Shown: piece by piece, positions 28,064-39,128 of the stretch
Layout of the letters: every line of letters starts with the position of its first letter
How positions within the stretch are numbered: position 1 is the stretch's first letter
DNA from: an uncultured Nitrosomonas sp.
GTDB taxonomy: Bacteria > Pseudomonadota > Gammaproteobacteria > Burkholderiales > Nitrosomonadaceae
DNA: 64,000 nt
NCBI GenBank assembly: GCA_964651625.1
Contig: CAZYWE010000012.1
Location: 1,633-65,632, forward strand
Direction: 5' to 3'
Translations under genes and position numbers: made by a program
Notes under the pieces: model-generated
The model's input: the letters and a program-made list of their open reading frames with translations, nothing else
Database searches by the model: none
What the model was told of the DNA's origin: nothing

Positions 28064-30145
28064 ATGAAACCGGACAGGCTCTGGTTTCGCTGTGATCGTT
28101 CCCCAGATTGTGCGTGCTGTCTGATAGCGCGATTCTGGCGGTTTCTTCCATTGATACTGCTTTTTATCTTAAGTCTCCCGGTGGCGGCTTCCCGCCTTGA
28201 TTTTATGCTGGAAGACGTCCGGCATTCTGTTTTCAGTATTCGGTCAGCCAGCATCCGGTTGGCTGGATCTTCCACTCCGAGTCTTGAAATCAATCTGAAG
28301 CGGGTGGCGATTGGCAGGCAGCTATGGCGCGATCTTTATCTGGCATGCAGCCCGGTGCGCATCACCCGTGAATCAGCAGTTTGTGACAAAGGGGTGCTGC
28401 AGATTGGCGGGCGACCTCTGGTAATGGCTTTCCGGTTATCGTTGCTGAAAAAACGGTTTGAACTTGAAGTGCAGCCTGTTCCAGTCGGTAAATCAAAAGA
28501 AAAGTGGCGGCTGGTGGTTAACTGGCAGGCAGGCAAGTGGCGGAGTGTGCTGAAAATAATCAATGGAGAAGGCAGGTATCTGGCCGATTTGGCCGGCCTG
28601 CTGCCTCAAATGGAAGAGCCGATACAGGTGCGCCAGGCAACATTGAATGGCGATTTTTGCCTGAGTGGAGATGGCGCTTCTGTTACAGCGTTTTCTGCCC
28701 GACTGAATATCAGCAACCTGGCTTTCAGTGACACAAGCGGTTTACATGCGGGTGAACGGATCAGCCTGCAGTTTGATATGGATGCACAACAAAGCCGACA
28801 TGGCTGGCGGTGGCAAAGCAGGCTCATCTGGCCGGAAGGAGAAATTTTCTGGCAGCCGTTTTATTTTTCTGGTGGAGCGCACCAGTTAACAACCGGAGGG
28901 ACGATAAAAGACGGATATATCCATCTGTCACAAGGCGAATTTAATCTGGCTGGCATCGGTAAGGCAGATTTTTCTGCTGTATTTGGTATTGCTGACCAGT
29001 CATGGCAGCAGGCCCGGATTGTGGCCCGGGATCTGGATCTGTCAACCTTGTTTGGCAATATCATCCGGCCGCTGGCTATGGAAACCGCTCTGGCTGAAAC
29101 AGAGGCTGCCGGCCGGGTGGACATTGATTGGCATTACCCGGGTGGTGTTGATCAGTCGCTAGTCGCTGATTTGCATAACGTTTCGCTGACGGGTACCCAG
29201 GGCCGGTTTGTTGTTGAAGGGCTTGATGCCCATCTGCCGTGGGATCGAAATATGAAGCAGGATGGCTGGATCCGGTTCAGCAATGCCCGGGTGATGGAGA
29301 TTCCTTTGGGAGAAACGCAAATCCCGATTCGTACAGAAGGATTACAACTCAGTATTCCGCGTGCAGAAATTCCGATACTGGATGGAAAAATGCTGATAGA
29401 ACATTTTCTGGCCACCCGGCAGAATTCTGGCTGGCGGTGGCAATTTAACGGATTACTTTCCCCGGTTTCCATGGAGAAGCTGACTGAGTCCCTGCAGATC
29501 CAGCCGATGTATGGAACGTTATCCGGCGCCATACCGAGAATGAGTTATGCCAATTCAACGGTGACGATAGAGGGTGAGCTCGTGTTCGGGGTATTCGATG
29601 GAGTTGTCACAGTCAGGGATCTAGTGCTGACCGAACCGCTCAGCCTGACGCCACATCTGGCCGCAGATATTGCCATGCACCATATCGACCTCGATTTACT
29701 GACACACGCCTATTCGTTCGGCAATATGCAGGGAAGAGTCGATATCAGCATCCGTGATCTTGAACTGATTGACTGGGAGCCAGTGAGATTTGATGCAGAA
29801 ATTACCAGCAGCGCGGGGGATTACACACGCCGGATCAGTCAGGCAGCCATCAGGAACCTTATCGCTTTGGGGGGTGGGTCTGCTGTTACAGCCATTCAGC
29901 AAAGATTTCTCGGATTGTTCGAGCAATTCGGTTATGCGGAAATTGGCTGGCGCTGCAAGTTGCGCGGTAATATCTGCTACATGGGTGGTATCGAATCATT
30001 AACGCATGATGACAGCTATATGTTGATTAAAGGCAGCGGAATACCGGCAATTAACATTACCGGCTATAATCGGAAAGTTGATTGGCATGAATTGCTTAGA
30101 CGCCTTAAACAGGCAATCGAGAGTGGTACCCCGGTTATTCACTGA
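28064..30145 (+). CDS. YdbH-like (AsmA superfamily) protein; exact start uncertain
   Basis: N-terminal hydrophobic anchor, beta-rich body, C-terminal ISQ.AI..L..LGG...F..FGY; followed by YnbE/YdbL-like genes. Confidence 0.7.
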   Translation: MKPDRLWFRCDRSPDCACCLIARFWRFLPLILLFILSLPVAASRLDFMLEDVRHSVFSIRSASIRLAGSSTPSLEINLKRVAIGRQLWRDLYLACSPVRITRESAVCDKGVLQIGGRPLVMAFRLSLLKKRFELEVQPVPVGKSKEKWRLVVNWQAGKWRSVLKIINGEGRYLADLAGLLPQMEEPIQVRQATLNGDFCLSGDGASVTAFSARLNISNLAFSDTSGLHAGERISLQFDMDAQQSRHGWRWQSRLIWPEGEIFWQPFYFSGGAHQLTTGGTIKDGYIHLSQGEFNLAGIGKADFSAVFGIADQSWQQARIVARDLDLSTLFGNIIRPLAMETALAETEAAGRVDIDWHYPGGVDQSLVADLHNVSLTGTQGRFVVEGLDAHLPWDRNMKQDGWIRFSNARVMEIPLGETQIPIRTEGLQLSIPRAEIPILDGKMLIEHFLATRQNSGWRWQFNGLLSPVSMEKLTESLQIQPMYGTLSGAIPRMSYANSTVTIEGELVFGVFDGVVTVRDLVLTEPLSLTPHLAADIAMHHIDLDLLTHAYSFGNMQGRVDISIRDLELIDWEPVRFDAEITSSAGDYTRRISQAAIRNLIALGGGSAVTAIQQRFLGLFEQFGYAEIGWRCKLRGNICYMGGIESLTHDDSYMLIKGSGIPAINITGYNRKVDWHELLRRLKQAIESGTPVIH

Positions 30146-30150
30146 CGGCG

Positions 30151-30375
30151 ATGACAAAGAATTATTACCTCCTGGCTTTGCTGATAGCTGCTGGTTTGGC
30201 AGCAGCCGGCTGTGTGACCATCAACATTTATTTTCCGGCAGCTGCTGCTGAAAAAGTGGCTGATAAAATCATCGAGGAAGTGTGGCAGACTGAAGAGGGC
30301 GGTGGTAAAAATGGCCAGCCTGATAGCGATGCCAATAACAGGACTGGCAGCAAAACCAATAAAGCCAAACCATAA
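30151..30375 (+). CDS. YnbE-like small lipoprotein
   Basis: Lipobox AAGC then VTINIYFPAAAAEK.AD.II.EVW. Confidence 0.7.
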   Translation: MTKNYYLLALLIAAGLAAAGCVTINIYFPAAAAEKVADKIIEEVWQTEEGGGKNGQPDSDANNRTGSKTNKAKP

Positions 30376-30421
30376 CCAGGGTTTTGCGCGATGCAATCCT
30401 GTTTTTCAGAGAGGTAAGTCT

Positions 30422-30847
30422 GTGTATAAACAGTTGATTAACTTTTTATTGCTGATTCCGCTGGTTTTTTTTATGAGTACAGGTGTTGCAACAGCGGTTG
30501 ATTTTGAGGCCAATACACCAGCAGTTACCCGGTTGAAGCAAAATATGCAGCAGCGTCACAGCCAACTGGCACCACTCTACGACAGTGGTGCAATAGGGCT
30601 GACGCACGATGGCCTGATTGTTCTGCGTGATGCCAACGCCGTGCCACTATCAGGGCGCCAGTCAGCCAGTTCTCTCGTTGCTGCTGAAAATCAGGATCGC
30701 AATGCGCTTTATCGTGAGATTGCACTGGCTAATAATCATCCGGAATGGGAAGGGGATATTCGTTCGACATTCGCCCAACGCTGGATTGCTTCAGCCAGAC
30801 CGGGCTGGTGGTATCAGCAGGGAAATGGCTCCTGGCAGAAAAAATAG
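30422..30847 (+). CDS. YdbL (DUF1318) family protein; start probably GTG at 30422
   Basis: Signal peptide, GAIG, LVAAEN.DR.ALY.EIA, PGWWYQ...G.W.KK. Confidence 0.78.
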   Translation: MYKQLINFLLLIPLVFFMSTGVATAVDFEANTPAVTRLKQNMQQRHSQLAPLYDSGAIGLTHDGLIVLRDANAVPLSGRQSASSLVAAENQDRNALYREIALANNHPEWEGDIRSTFAQRWIASARPGWWYQQGNGSWQKK

Positions 30848-31030
30848 CTCCAGGTGGCAGGTGGCAGGGAAGACAGGCTGCCGTCCCTGATGCCGGCAGA
30901 AAAACTGCTTGAAATGAAATGATAAATAAGTGACCATTGTTTTGGTCAGGAGTGGGGCGGCTTGGCCCCGGGGAGTGGCGGTGCAGGCCGCCATGTTATT
31001 TCAGAATCAGAAAAATTGGATGGGCTTTCT

Positions 31031-32212
31031 GTGTCTCATGTAATGAATACGTATGCACGGCTTCCTGTTACTTTTGTCAGAGGTGAAGGGGTGTGGCTGT
31101 GGGATGATCAGGGTAATCGCTACCTTGATGCGCTGTCAGGTATTGCGGTTTGCGGTGTCGGACATTGCCACCCGGCCCTGGTAAAAGCGTTGTGTGAACA
31201 GGTCTCGACTCTGGTTCATACCTCCAACATTTATCATATCCAGCATCAGGAACGTTTGGCAGACAGATTGACCAGTCTGTCTGGCCTGGATAAGGTTTTT
31301 TTCTGCAATTCCGGAGCAGAAGCGAATGAAGCTGCGATCAAACTGGCGCGGCTTTACGGCCATAATCAGGGAATCAACCTGCCGACAATTATCGTGATGG
31401 AGCGCTCGTTTCATGGTCGGACGATGGCAACTTTGACAGCTACAGGTAACCGCAAAACGCAGGCAGGTTTCGAGCCACTGCTGACAGGGTTTGTGCGGGT
31501 GCCTTACGATGATCTGGAAGCCGTAACCAGAGTGGCTGCCAGCAACAAGGAAATCGTGGCCATCCTGCTGGAAACCTATCAGGGTGAAGGCGGTGTCAAT
31601 TTTCCACAGGCCAGTTATCTGCAGGGCTTGCGCAAAATCTGTGATCAGAACGGTTGGCTGCTGATGCTGGATGAGGTGCAGTGCGGCTTGGGACGTACCG
31701 GTAAATGGTTTGCATTCCAGCATAGTGAAATCAGGCCGGATGTCATGTCACTGGCGAAGGGGCTTGGCTCAGGTGTGCCTATTGGCGCGTGCCTGGCAGG
31801 CGGAAAAGCGGCAGAAGTGTTCAAGCCGGGCAATCACGCATCCACTTTTGGCGGTAACCCGCTGGCCTGCAGAGCTGCTCTGGCCACCCTTGATGTTATT
31901 GAACAGGAGGGGTTGATGGCTAACGCAGTGGCCATTGGTGGTTTTATGCGAGAGGGGTTCGAAAAGCATTTGCAGGCGTGGCTGGGTGTGCTGAAAATTC
32001 GCGGACAGGGGATGATGATCGGAATCGAGCTGCCCGTACCCTGTGGTGCACTTGTGCTTGAAGCACTGAAACGCCGGTTGCTGATTAACGTGACCTCCGA
32101 GAAAGTGGTGCGCCTGCTGCCGGCTTTGAATATGCAAAAGGCAGAGGCTGAACAGGTGGTTGTCGAGGTTTCTGCGCTTATTAACCAGTTCCTTGAGAAT
32201 CAGGAAAAATAG
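31031..32212 (+). CDS. argD: Acetylornithine aminotransferase
   Basis: MNTYARLP, NSGAEANE, SFHGRT, DEVQ.G, LAKGLG, HASTFGGNP; start likely GTG 31031. Confidence 0.93.
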   Translation: MSHVMNTYARLPVTFVRGEGVWLWDDQGNRYLDALSGIAVCGVGHCHPALVKALCEQVSTLVHTSNIYHIQHQERLADRLTSLSGLDKVFFCNSGAEANEAAIKLARLYGHNQGINLPTIIVMERSFHGRTMATLTATGNRKTQAGFEPLLTGFVRVPYDDLEAVTRVAASNKEIVAILLETYQGEGGVNFPQASYLQGLRKICDQNGWLLMLDEVQCGLGRTGKWFAFQHSEIRPDVMSLAKGLGSGVPIGACLAGGKAAEVFKPGNHASTFGGNPLACRAALATLDVIEQEGLMANAVAIGGFMREGFEKHLQAWLGVLKIRGQGMMIGIELPVPCGALVLEALKRRLLINVTSEKVVRLLPALNMQKAEAEQVVVEVSALINQFLENQEK

Positions 32213-32366
32213 CCGGATGTAGCACAGCCATACGGCGGTTATTGGAGGAGCATTCCCCGATTTTTCCTTTTGTATTTTTCAGAAATTTCCCAGGCCTTGC
32301 TTCCATTGGCTTATCGCCGGGATCAAGGCACAGGTTTCTGAATATTTTTTATCAGTAAAAGCACTT

Positions 32367-33290
32367 ATGCAGATCAGGCATTTTTTACAGCTCAAGGATT
32401 TTGACCGGCAGGAATATGAATACCTGTTCGACCGGTCCCGCTGGATCAAGAATGAATTCAAGCAATATCGCCGCTACTGGCCGTTGGCCGATCGAACGCT
32501 TGCCATGATTTTCGAGAAACATTCGACTCGTACACGTCTTTCATTCGAAGCCGGGATGCATCAGCTGGGTGGCAGCGCCATTTATCTTTCGACACGGGAT
32601 ACCCAGCTGGGCCGTGGCGAGCCGGTTGAGGATGCCGCCCGGGTAATTTCACGGATGGTCGATATCATTACGATACGTACGCACGAACATGAAATCATTA
32701 CCCGCTTTGCTGAAAATTCACGTGTGCCGGTAATCAATGGGTTAACGGATGAATATCATCCCTGTCAGATCCTCGCGGATATTTTTACCTTCATGGAGCA
32801 CCGCGGAAGCATTACGGGTAAAACCGTGGCATGGATCGGTGATTCCAATAATGTATGCAATACCTGGCTGCAGGCTGCCGAGGTGTTTGATTTCAACGTG
32901 CATGTTTCTACCCCGCCGGGCTATGAAGTAGAACCGGAACGGGCCGGTTTGTACGGCACTGACCACTACGAGCAGTTTGTTTCTCCGCATGATGCAGTCG
33001 AGGGTGCTGATCTGGTTACAACAGATGTGTGGACCAGCATGGGTTTTGAAGATGAGACAGCAGCGCGTAAACACGATTTTGCTGATTTCCGGGTGGATGC
33101 TGAAATGATGGCCGGTGCTAAAAAAGAAGCACTGTTCATGCATTGTCTGCCGGCACATCGGGGTGAAGAAGTAGATGCCGAGGTAATTGACGGACCTCAG
33201 TCAGTGGTGTGGGATGAAGCTGAAAACCGGCTGCATACACAAAAAGCATTGATGGAATATCTGCTGCTGGGCAGGATTGGTATCAGATAG
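32367..33290 (+). CDS. argF: Ornithine carbamoyltransferase
   Basis: STRTR, HPCQ, WTSMG, HCLP. Confidence 0.96.
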   Translation: MQIRHFLQLKDFDRQEYEYLFDRSRWIKNEFKQYRRYWPLADRTLAMIFEKHSTRTRLSFEAGMHQLGGSAIYLSTRDTQLGRGEPVEDAARVISRMVDIITIRTHEHEIITRFAENSRVPVINGLTDEYHPCQILADIFTFMEHRGSITGKTVAWIGDSNNVCNTWLQAAEVFDFNVHVSTPPGYEVEPERAGLYGTDHYEQFVSPHDAVEGADLVTTDVWTSMGFEDETAARKHDFADFRVDAEMMAGAKKEALFMHCLPAHRGEEVDAEVIDGPQSVVWDEAENRLHTQKALMEYLLLGRIGIR

Positions 33291-33328
33291 TCTCAAGTTA
33301 TCTGGAAATTTTTTGATTATGAAGGAAC

Positions 33329-34543
33329 ATGGATAAAGTTAAGAAAGCAGTACTGGCATTTTCAGGTGGTCTGGATACCTCGGTTATTCTGAAGTGGTTG
33401 CAGGATACCTATCAGTGTGAGGTTGTCACTTTTACGGCAGATGTGGGCCAGGGCGAAGAAATTGAGCCTGCTCGCGCCAAAGCCATTCAATTTGGTATCA
33501 AAGAGATTTTTATTGAAGATCTGCGTGAAGAATTTGTGCGCGACTATGTTTTTCCCATGTTTCGTGCCAATACGATTTATGAGGGAGAGTATCTGCTGGG
33601 CACCAGCATTGCCCGGCCACTGATTGCCAAACGGCAGGTTGAAATTGCGCAGCAGACAGGTGCTGATGCGGTTTCGCATGGCGCTACAGGGAAAGGAAAC
33701 GATCAGGTACGTTTTGAGCTTGGCTACTATGCATTACAGCCGGATATCCGTGTCATTGCACCCTGGCGTGAATGGGATCTGACTTCACGTGAAAAACTGC
33801 TGGCGTATGCCGAGAAACAGGGTATTCCGATTGAAATGAAGAAAAAGCAGGGATCACCCTACAGCATGGATGCCAATCTCCTGCATATTTCCTACGAAGG
33901 CCGGGCGCTGGAGGATCCCGCTGCCGAGCCGGAAGAAAGTATGTGGCGCTGGACGGTATCGCCGGAAGCCGCACCAGGCGAGCCCGAATATCTGGATCTG
34001 GAATATGAGCGGGGCGATATCGTCGCGTTGAATGGTGAGAAGCTGACACCTGCCGCTGTTCTGGCCAAACTTAACCAGCTGGGTGGCAAGCATGGTATCG
34101 GGCGCCTTGATCTGGTGGAGAACCGGTATGTCGGGATGAAATCGCGCGGCTGCTATGAAACCCCAGGTGGCACCATCATGCTGCGTGCGCACCGTGCAAT
34201 CGAGTCGATTACGCTTGACCGTGAAGTGGCTCATTTGAAGGATGACCTAATGCCGCGCTATGCAACGCTGATTTATAACGGCTACTGGTGGAGCCCGGAG
34301 AGAAAGCTGCTGCAGGTGCTTATCAATGAATCCCAGGCTAACGTCAATGGCTGGGTGCGGGTCAAGCTCTATAAGGGGAATGTGACGGTAGTCGGGCGTG
34401 ATTCCAGAACGGATTCACTGTTTGATCCCAACATTGCCACCTTTGAAGAAGATGGCGGGGCTTATCATCAGGCCGATGCGGCGGGCTTCATCAAGCTCAA
34501 TGCACTGAGAATGCGGATTGCGAAAGCGCTTCGCAGACGCTGA
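33329..34543 (+). CDS. argG: Argininosuccinate synthase
   Basis: [34 protein letters not shown]. Confidence 0.97.
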   Translation: MDKVKKAVLAFSGGLDTSVILKWLQDTYQCEVVTFTADVGQGEEIEPARAKAIQFGIKEIFIEDLREEFVRDYVFPMFRANTIYEGEYLLGTSIARPLIAKRQVEIAQQTGADAVSHGATGKGNDQVRFELGYYALQPDIRVIAPWREWDLTSREKLLAYAEKQGIPIEMKKKQGSPYSMDANLLHISYEGRALEDPAAEPEESMWRWTVSPEAAPGEPEYLDLEYERGDIVALNGEKLTPAAVLAKLNQLGGKHGIGRLDLVENRYVGMKSRGCYETPGGTIMLRAHRAIESITLDREVAHLKDDLMPRYATLIYNGYWWSPERKLLQVLINESQANVNGWVRVKLYKGNVTVVGRDSRTDSLFDPNIATFEEDGGAYHQADAAGFIKLNALRMRIAKALRRR

Positions 34544-34586
34544 TTTTCCGGGAAGGTGAGCGTCTATTGTTTCTGCTGTTAATGCC

Positions 34587-35516
34587 ATGAAAGATTTCTC
34601 TGCAATCACGTGGAAGTTCCTGTCTGCTCCGGCGCAACCCGGAAAAATGAAATCCGGGCGAACTCATCGTCAGCTCGCATATACCGATTGGGGAGACCCA
34701 AAAAATAAATATGTGGTGGTGTGTGCTCATGGCTTAACCCGCAATTGTAGGGATTTTGATTTTCTTGCCGCGGCACTGGAGCAGGATTTCAGGGTGGTTT
34801 GCGTCGATATGGCCGGGCGGGGGCGAAGTGACTGGCTGACCGAGGTCGCGGATTACAATTCAGCAGCAACTTACGTGTCGGACATGGAGCGTGTGCTCGA
34901 ACATATCTACCGGCAGAATCACAACAGCCATCTCCATGTTTACTGGGTAGGCGTGTCGATGGGTGGCCTGATCGGCATGCTGCTGGCTGCCCGCCAGCGT
35001 GTCACTGTTCCCTACCATATCCGGGCGCTGGTAATGAGCGACATCGGACCTAGTGTTCCTGCCGGGGTACTGAACCTGTTCTCGGATACGATCGGCAGGG
35101 ATCCGCGTTTTCACAATCTGAGTGAACTGGAATTCCACATGCGTAGTACAGCGCTGCCTTACAGCCGGTTTACGGACGCTCAGTGGCATCATCTGGCCAT
35201 GTACAGCGCGCGTGAATATGAAGATGGAACGGTTGGCTATCGTTATGATCCGGCCATTTCATCCGGCTTCAGACCGGGTCACGTGAAAGACATTGATTTG
35301 TGGCCTTACTGGGACAAACTGGAGCTTCCGGTTTTTGTGCTCCGCGGTGAAAAGTCTGGCGTGCTGACGCCGGAAATAGCCGGCAGAATGCAGCTCCGGC
35401 CCAATGTGCAGATTACCGAGCTGGCAGGTATCGGGCATTCACCCATGCTGATGGATGAGGATCAGACCACCCTGGTTAAAGATTATCTGCTGGAAATCAG
35501 AAGACGGGGGGAGTGA
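34587..35516 (+). CDS. Alpha/beta hydrolase
   Basis: HGLTRN, GRGRS, GVSMGG nucleophile elbow, GHSP. Confidence 0.88.
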   Translation: MKDFSAITWKFLSAPAQPGKMKSGRTHRQLAYTDWGDPKNKYVVVCAHGLTRNCRDFDFLAAALEQDFRVVCVDMAGRGRSDWLTEVADYNSAATYVSDMERVLEHIYRQNHNSHLHVYWVGVSMGGLIGMLLAARQRVTVPYHIRALVMSDIGPSVPAGVLNLFSDTIGRDPRFHNLSELEFHMRSTALPYSRFTDAQWHHLAMYSAREYEDGTVGYRYDPAISSGFRPGHVKDIDLWPYWDKLELPVFVLRGEKSGVLTPEIAGRMQLRPNVQITELAGIGHSPMLMDEDQTTLVKDYLLEIRRRGE

Positions 35517-35550
35517 TCCCGGAAACCCCGGCTGCCCGGGCCGGTGCTTT

Positions 35551-36990
35551 TCAATGCCTGATACGGATCCGGTAGCTCAACACGACTTTTTCGTTTGCCG
35601 GTACCTTGACCATCCATTCAGCTAGATTGGAGGTGGATTTGGTATGAGGCATAGATTCTGAAATCATTATCCAGTCGCCGGGGATAGGCTCCTGTACCCG
35701 GATAGTGACATCCTTCTGACGGGCATTACGGATTTCAATCTGGTGTGCTGTTTCAGTAAAGCGTTTGGAGGATGTATCCAGCTGCTGGAAATCCGTTTGG
35801 GTTCTGGTGGCCGTGATGTCGAAAGCCTTGCCCAGTTTTACACGGACATACTCGTCCTTGGCCGTATGTTCGATACGATCTTCGCCCAGAAACTGTGTAT
35901 TGTCCTGTGCATCGTTTTTATAGACACGCACTGTTCCTTTTGGCAACGGTACACCCAGTCCCTGTCCTTTATTTTCAAACTGGAAGAGTACAACCGGGTT
36001 AAGCTTGCCATCCTGGTTGTTATATTTATTGAAGTAGTACGCCCCCGCGCCGCGTAACAGGAACTCCTGTGAGACAGGAATATCCGTTGCTGACATCAGA
36101 GTCACCTGTTTGGCCTGATTTTCTGCCAGAGTCGTTGTGGCTGGCAGCGTGTAAAGATGATATTCAGATAGTGGCTCTTCCCTGGCCTCCTGATATCCGG
36201 CTGCATCGGCCACCATGGCCATCATTTTTCTGGCCGGATACGGTTCAGCAGAAACCAGACTGATTTCTCCGGCCATCAGCTGCAAATGAGCTTCTGCGTA
36301 AGCAACGCCACTATGGTTGGTCAGCGTGGCCAGCCCGATGAGATCAAGCCGGGTGTCATCCGCATTAAGTCTGGCTACATAATCCGCCTGCCAGGAAAGT
36401 CCGTTGGTCAGGTAGGACAACTCCAGTTCATGATTGCCCGGGGCAGCGCCGTCCAGCAGAAGTGAGAGTGTGGGGCGGTCATGCAGGCTGTCAGGTATAT
36501 CAGGAAAGGCGATTCGTCCCGGGGTACCCGTTTCGATCCGATCTCTGAATTTCAGCACAATCCCATCACTGGTGGAAAGTACCGTGGCGGCTTCTGTCGT
36601 TTCTTCCCCGGTCACCGGGTTCACATGAATCACGTTGACACTGCGTCCATGATATTTTTCCAGCAGTTTCTCCGGAGAAAGCAGATCGAAATCAAAGTTC
36701 TGTTCGACCACCCGGATTTCAGAGGTTTTCTCAAAAGCAGTCAACAGCGCTGTTTCCGGGCGTATCTGCATTGAAACTTCACCCCAGGCCAGTCTGTTCA
36801 TTCCTTTTTCCAGAGAAACATGGCGCAAATCGCGAACCATTGCCAGATTGTCATTGTAGATGGTGATGCTGATCTGTTGCTGATCCTGCAATGTGGTGGT
36901 TTTACCTTTCAGGTGGTGCATGGTCAACCCATCGGTACTGGCCGCTATCAGCGCCAGCGGTAATGCAGCCTTACACAAGGTTTTCAGCAT
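35551..36990 (-). CDS. Exported DUF4139-domain protein
   Basis: Signal peptide from ATG 36990, ITIYN..LA.VRD, SYLT.GLSW.ADY, PLP.G.VRVY. Confidence 0.8.
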   Translation of the reverse strand: MLKTLCKAALPLALIAASTDGLTMHHLKGKTTTLQDQQQISITIYNDNLAMVRDLRHVSLEKGMNRLAWGEVSMQIRPETALLTAFEKTSEIRVVEQNFDFDLLSPEKLLEKYHGRSVNVIHVNPVTGEETTEAATVLSTSDGIVLKFRDRIETGTPGRIAFPDIPDSLHDRPTLSLLLDGAAPGNHELELSYLTNGLSWQADYVARLNADDTRLDLIGLATLTNHSGVAYAEAHLQLMAGEISLVSAEPYPARKMMAMVADAAGYQEAREEPLSEYHLYTLPATTTLAENQAKQVTLMSATDIPVSQEFLLRGAGAYYFNKYNNQDGKLNPVVLFQFENKGQGLGVPLPKGTVRVYKNDAQDNTQFLGEDRIEHTAKDEYVRVKLGKAFDITATRTQTDFQQLDTSSKRFTETAHQIEIRNARQKDVTIRVQEPIPGDWIMISESMPHTKSTSNLAEWMVKVPANEKVVLSYRIRIRH

Positions 36991-37035
36991 ACTGTTTTTC
37001 CCCTGGTTTTTAGTATTGTTGTCAGCCGGATTCTG

Positions 37036-37075
37036 AAAAGGCACAAGCGGGCACGTTGCATGTCCCGCTTGTGCC
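37036..37075 (-). terminator. Intrinsic terminator after the coiled-coil gene
   Basis: 12-bp stem GGCACAAGCGGG/CCCGCTTGTGCC followed by TTTT on minus strand. Confidence 0.65.
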
Positions 37076-37130
37076 CGCTGCTACTGTCTGGTGGTCTGAG
37101 CGTGTATGTTACCTGCATACCGGATAGAAA

Positions 37131-39128
37131 TCATGGAACGGTTTGTACTGCTTCCTCAGCTCCGGGTTCTTCTGCAGGTTGACCGGAAACAGACTGTTCC
37201 GCTGAATCATCTGACGTATCAGGAGCTGACTGGCTGACGATACCGTCTGGTGAGCCAGACGATGAATCGCGCTTGTCTGATGCTTCTTCGTCCATGATGG
37301 TTTCGACCAGATCTCCTTCATCAAGATGATCCTGAATGAGCCGGGCTGCTTCGATTTCTTCCTGTATTTTTCGGGATGCCTGGGCAATTGCAGCTTCATC
37401 TGCGCGGATACGTGCCGCAGCTGCTTCAGCTGCCATGGTTTCGACTGCTTCCCGGGCAATGGCGCGTTCAACTGCCAGCGCATCCTGTTCGATACGGCCC
37501 TGTATTGCTTTCAATGCTGAAGACGCTGTCCGGATTTTATGCAATTCAGCGGCGGCCGCAATTTCGGCAGCCTTAAGCTGTTCTTCCATTTTCACCATGG
37601 CAATGACGCGATCTTGTGCAATACGGGCTGAAAGATCAGTCAGTTTTTGTTCAATGATGATGCGTGCAGCCGCTGCGGATTTGGCCTGCTGAATTGCTTC
37701 AGCCTGTTTTTTCTTGTTTTCGATCAGACGGGCTTCGGTTTCAGCCAGCTCATTGGCTTCTATCTCAACCTGTTTATCCAGAGCGGTTCTTTCTTCAGTG
37801 AGCTCTGTCGCACGTGTTTCTGCCGCAATTTTGTCTTCAACTGTTTTTCTCGCAACTGCCTCTGCAGCAGCCTTGGCCCGGGCACGCCGGATCGCTGTTT
37901 CCTGAGTCTGGATGCGTTCTCTGATCGCATCGGTTACTGCCTGATCGGTCTGTGCCTTTTCATTGAAAATGGCGATTTCCTGCTCTTTTGCCTGGATACG
38001 GGCCTCGGCTGCAGCGCGTGCCTCATTTTCCGCAGCGGTCTGTGCCTTTGTTCTCTCCAGCAACAGTTCATCCGCCCGGGAACGTTCCAGTGCTGCCTGG
38101 GCAACCTCTTTTTCAGCCAGCGCAACCTGTTCCGCCACAGCTTTCGCTTTTCGTTCTGCTTCGATTCGGGCTCGTTCAGCAGCAGCAGCTTCCAGTTCGG
38201 CTGCCGTACGTGCTTCTGCTTCCGATTTTGCCGCCAGATCAAGCTCGCACCGGGATTGTGCTGCTTCAGCTGCCTTTTTCTCGGTATCAAGCCGGGCCTG
38301 TTCTGCTTCGCGCGCACTGATTTCGGCCTGTAATCTTTCCTGTGCTTTTGCTGCCAGATTGGCTTCCGCTTCGGTGCGCAAGCGGATTTCTTCAATGGCC
38401 TGGCGCTCAGCTTCAGTTTTGGAACTGATCAGTGCAATGTTTCTCTGGTCTTCTTCAATTTTTGCACGTGCCAGTGTTGCGGCTTCTGTTTCAGCGGCAG
38501 AAGCAGCAAGTGCTGTTTTGAGTGCTTCTTCACTGGTTTTTCTTCTGGCAATGGCTGCCTCGATTGCCCTTTGCTCCGCCAGCTCCCGTTCCTGGGATTT
38601 TCTCAGCGCAAGTGCTTCTTCCTGTAAACGTCTGCGAGCCTTTTCAGTGGTGGAAGCCTCAGCCTGCACCTTGGCGCGCAGTGCAGATACTGTTTCTTTC
38701 TCTGCCTTGAGACCCTCTTCTACCGTCTGGCGTAATCTTGCCTCCAGCTCCTGACGCGCTTGCGCTTCATGCGCAGCCATGGCTTCTGCTCTGGCGCGTG
38801 CCCGGGCTTCCTCCGTGGCGGCAGTTTCTGCCCTGATGCGCGCTTCGGCTGCCAATCTGGCGCTGGCCTCTACTCTGGCACGTGCTTCTGCTGTGACGCG
38901 CGCTCTGGATTCGGTTTCGATCCGGTTCCTGGCTTCCTGAATGGCCAGATTTTCTGCTGCCAACCGGGAAGCGGGATTGTCATATAAAGAAGCTTCGTAA
39001 TCTTCCTGCTCCAGCGCATCGTCAGGCGCGGCTTTCGCAGTATGGAGCGCGACGACATTGGATTCATCTGTGTTTTCTGCCTGCGGGGCGATGTTCAGAA
39101 TCGACCGGAGATGAGATTTGAATAGCAT
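37131..39128 (-). CDS. Hypothetical Ala/Glu/Arg-rich long coiled-coil protein
   Basis: 665-aa ORF, ~540 aa without Pro and almost without Gly, acidic tail, no evident signal peptide or TM helix. Confidence 0.85.
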   Translation of the reverse strand: MLFKSHLRSILNIAPQAENTDESNVVALHTAKAAPDDALEQEDYEASLYDNPASRLAAENLAIQEARNRIETESRARVTAEARARVEASARLAAEARIRAETAATEEARARARAEAMAAHEAQARQELEARLRQTVEEGLKAEKETVSALRAKVQAEASTTEKARRRLQEEALALRKSQERELAEQRAIEAAIARRKTSEEALKTALAASAAETEAATLARAKIEEDQRNIALISSKTEAERQAIEEIRLRTEAEANLAAKAQERLQAEISAREAEQARLDTEKKAAEAAQSRCELDLAAKSEAEARTAAELEAAAAERARIEAERKAKAVAEQVALAEKEVAQAALERSRADELLLERTKAQTAAENEARAAAEARIQAKEQEIAIFNEKAQTDQAVTDAIRERIQTQETAIRRARAKAAAEAVARKTVEDKIAAETRATELTEERTALDKQVEIEANELAETEARLIENKKKQAEAIQQAKSAAAARIIIEQKLTDLSARIAQDRVIAMVKMEEQLKAAEIAAAAELHKIRTASSALKAIQGRIEQDALAVERAIAREAVETMAAEAAAARIRADEAAIAQASRKIQEEIEAARLIQDHLDEGDLVETIMDEEASDKRDSSSGSPDGIVSQSAPDTSDDSAEQSVSGQPAEEPGAEEAVQTVP

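Noticed and set aside
37326-38754. Several overlapping plus-strand ORFs within the coiled-coil gene
   Set aside because: Expected from low-complexity Ala/Glu codons lacking antisense stops
37131-39128. Calling the coiled-coil protein TolA
   Set aside because: No N-terminal TM helix, no TolA C-terminal domain, no tolQRB neighbours
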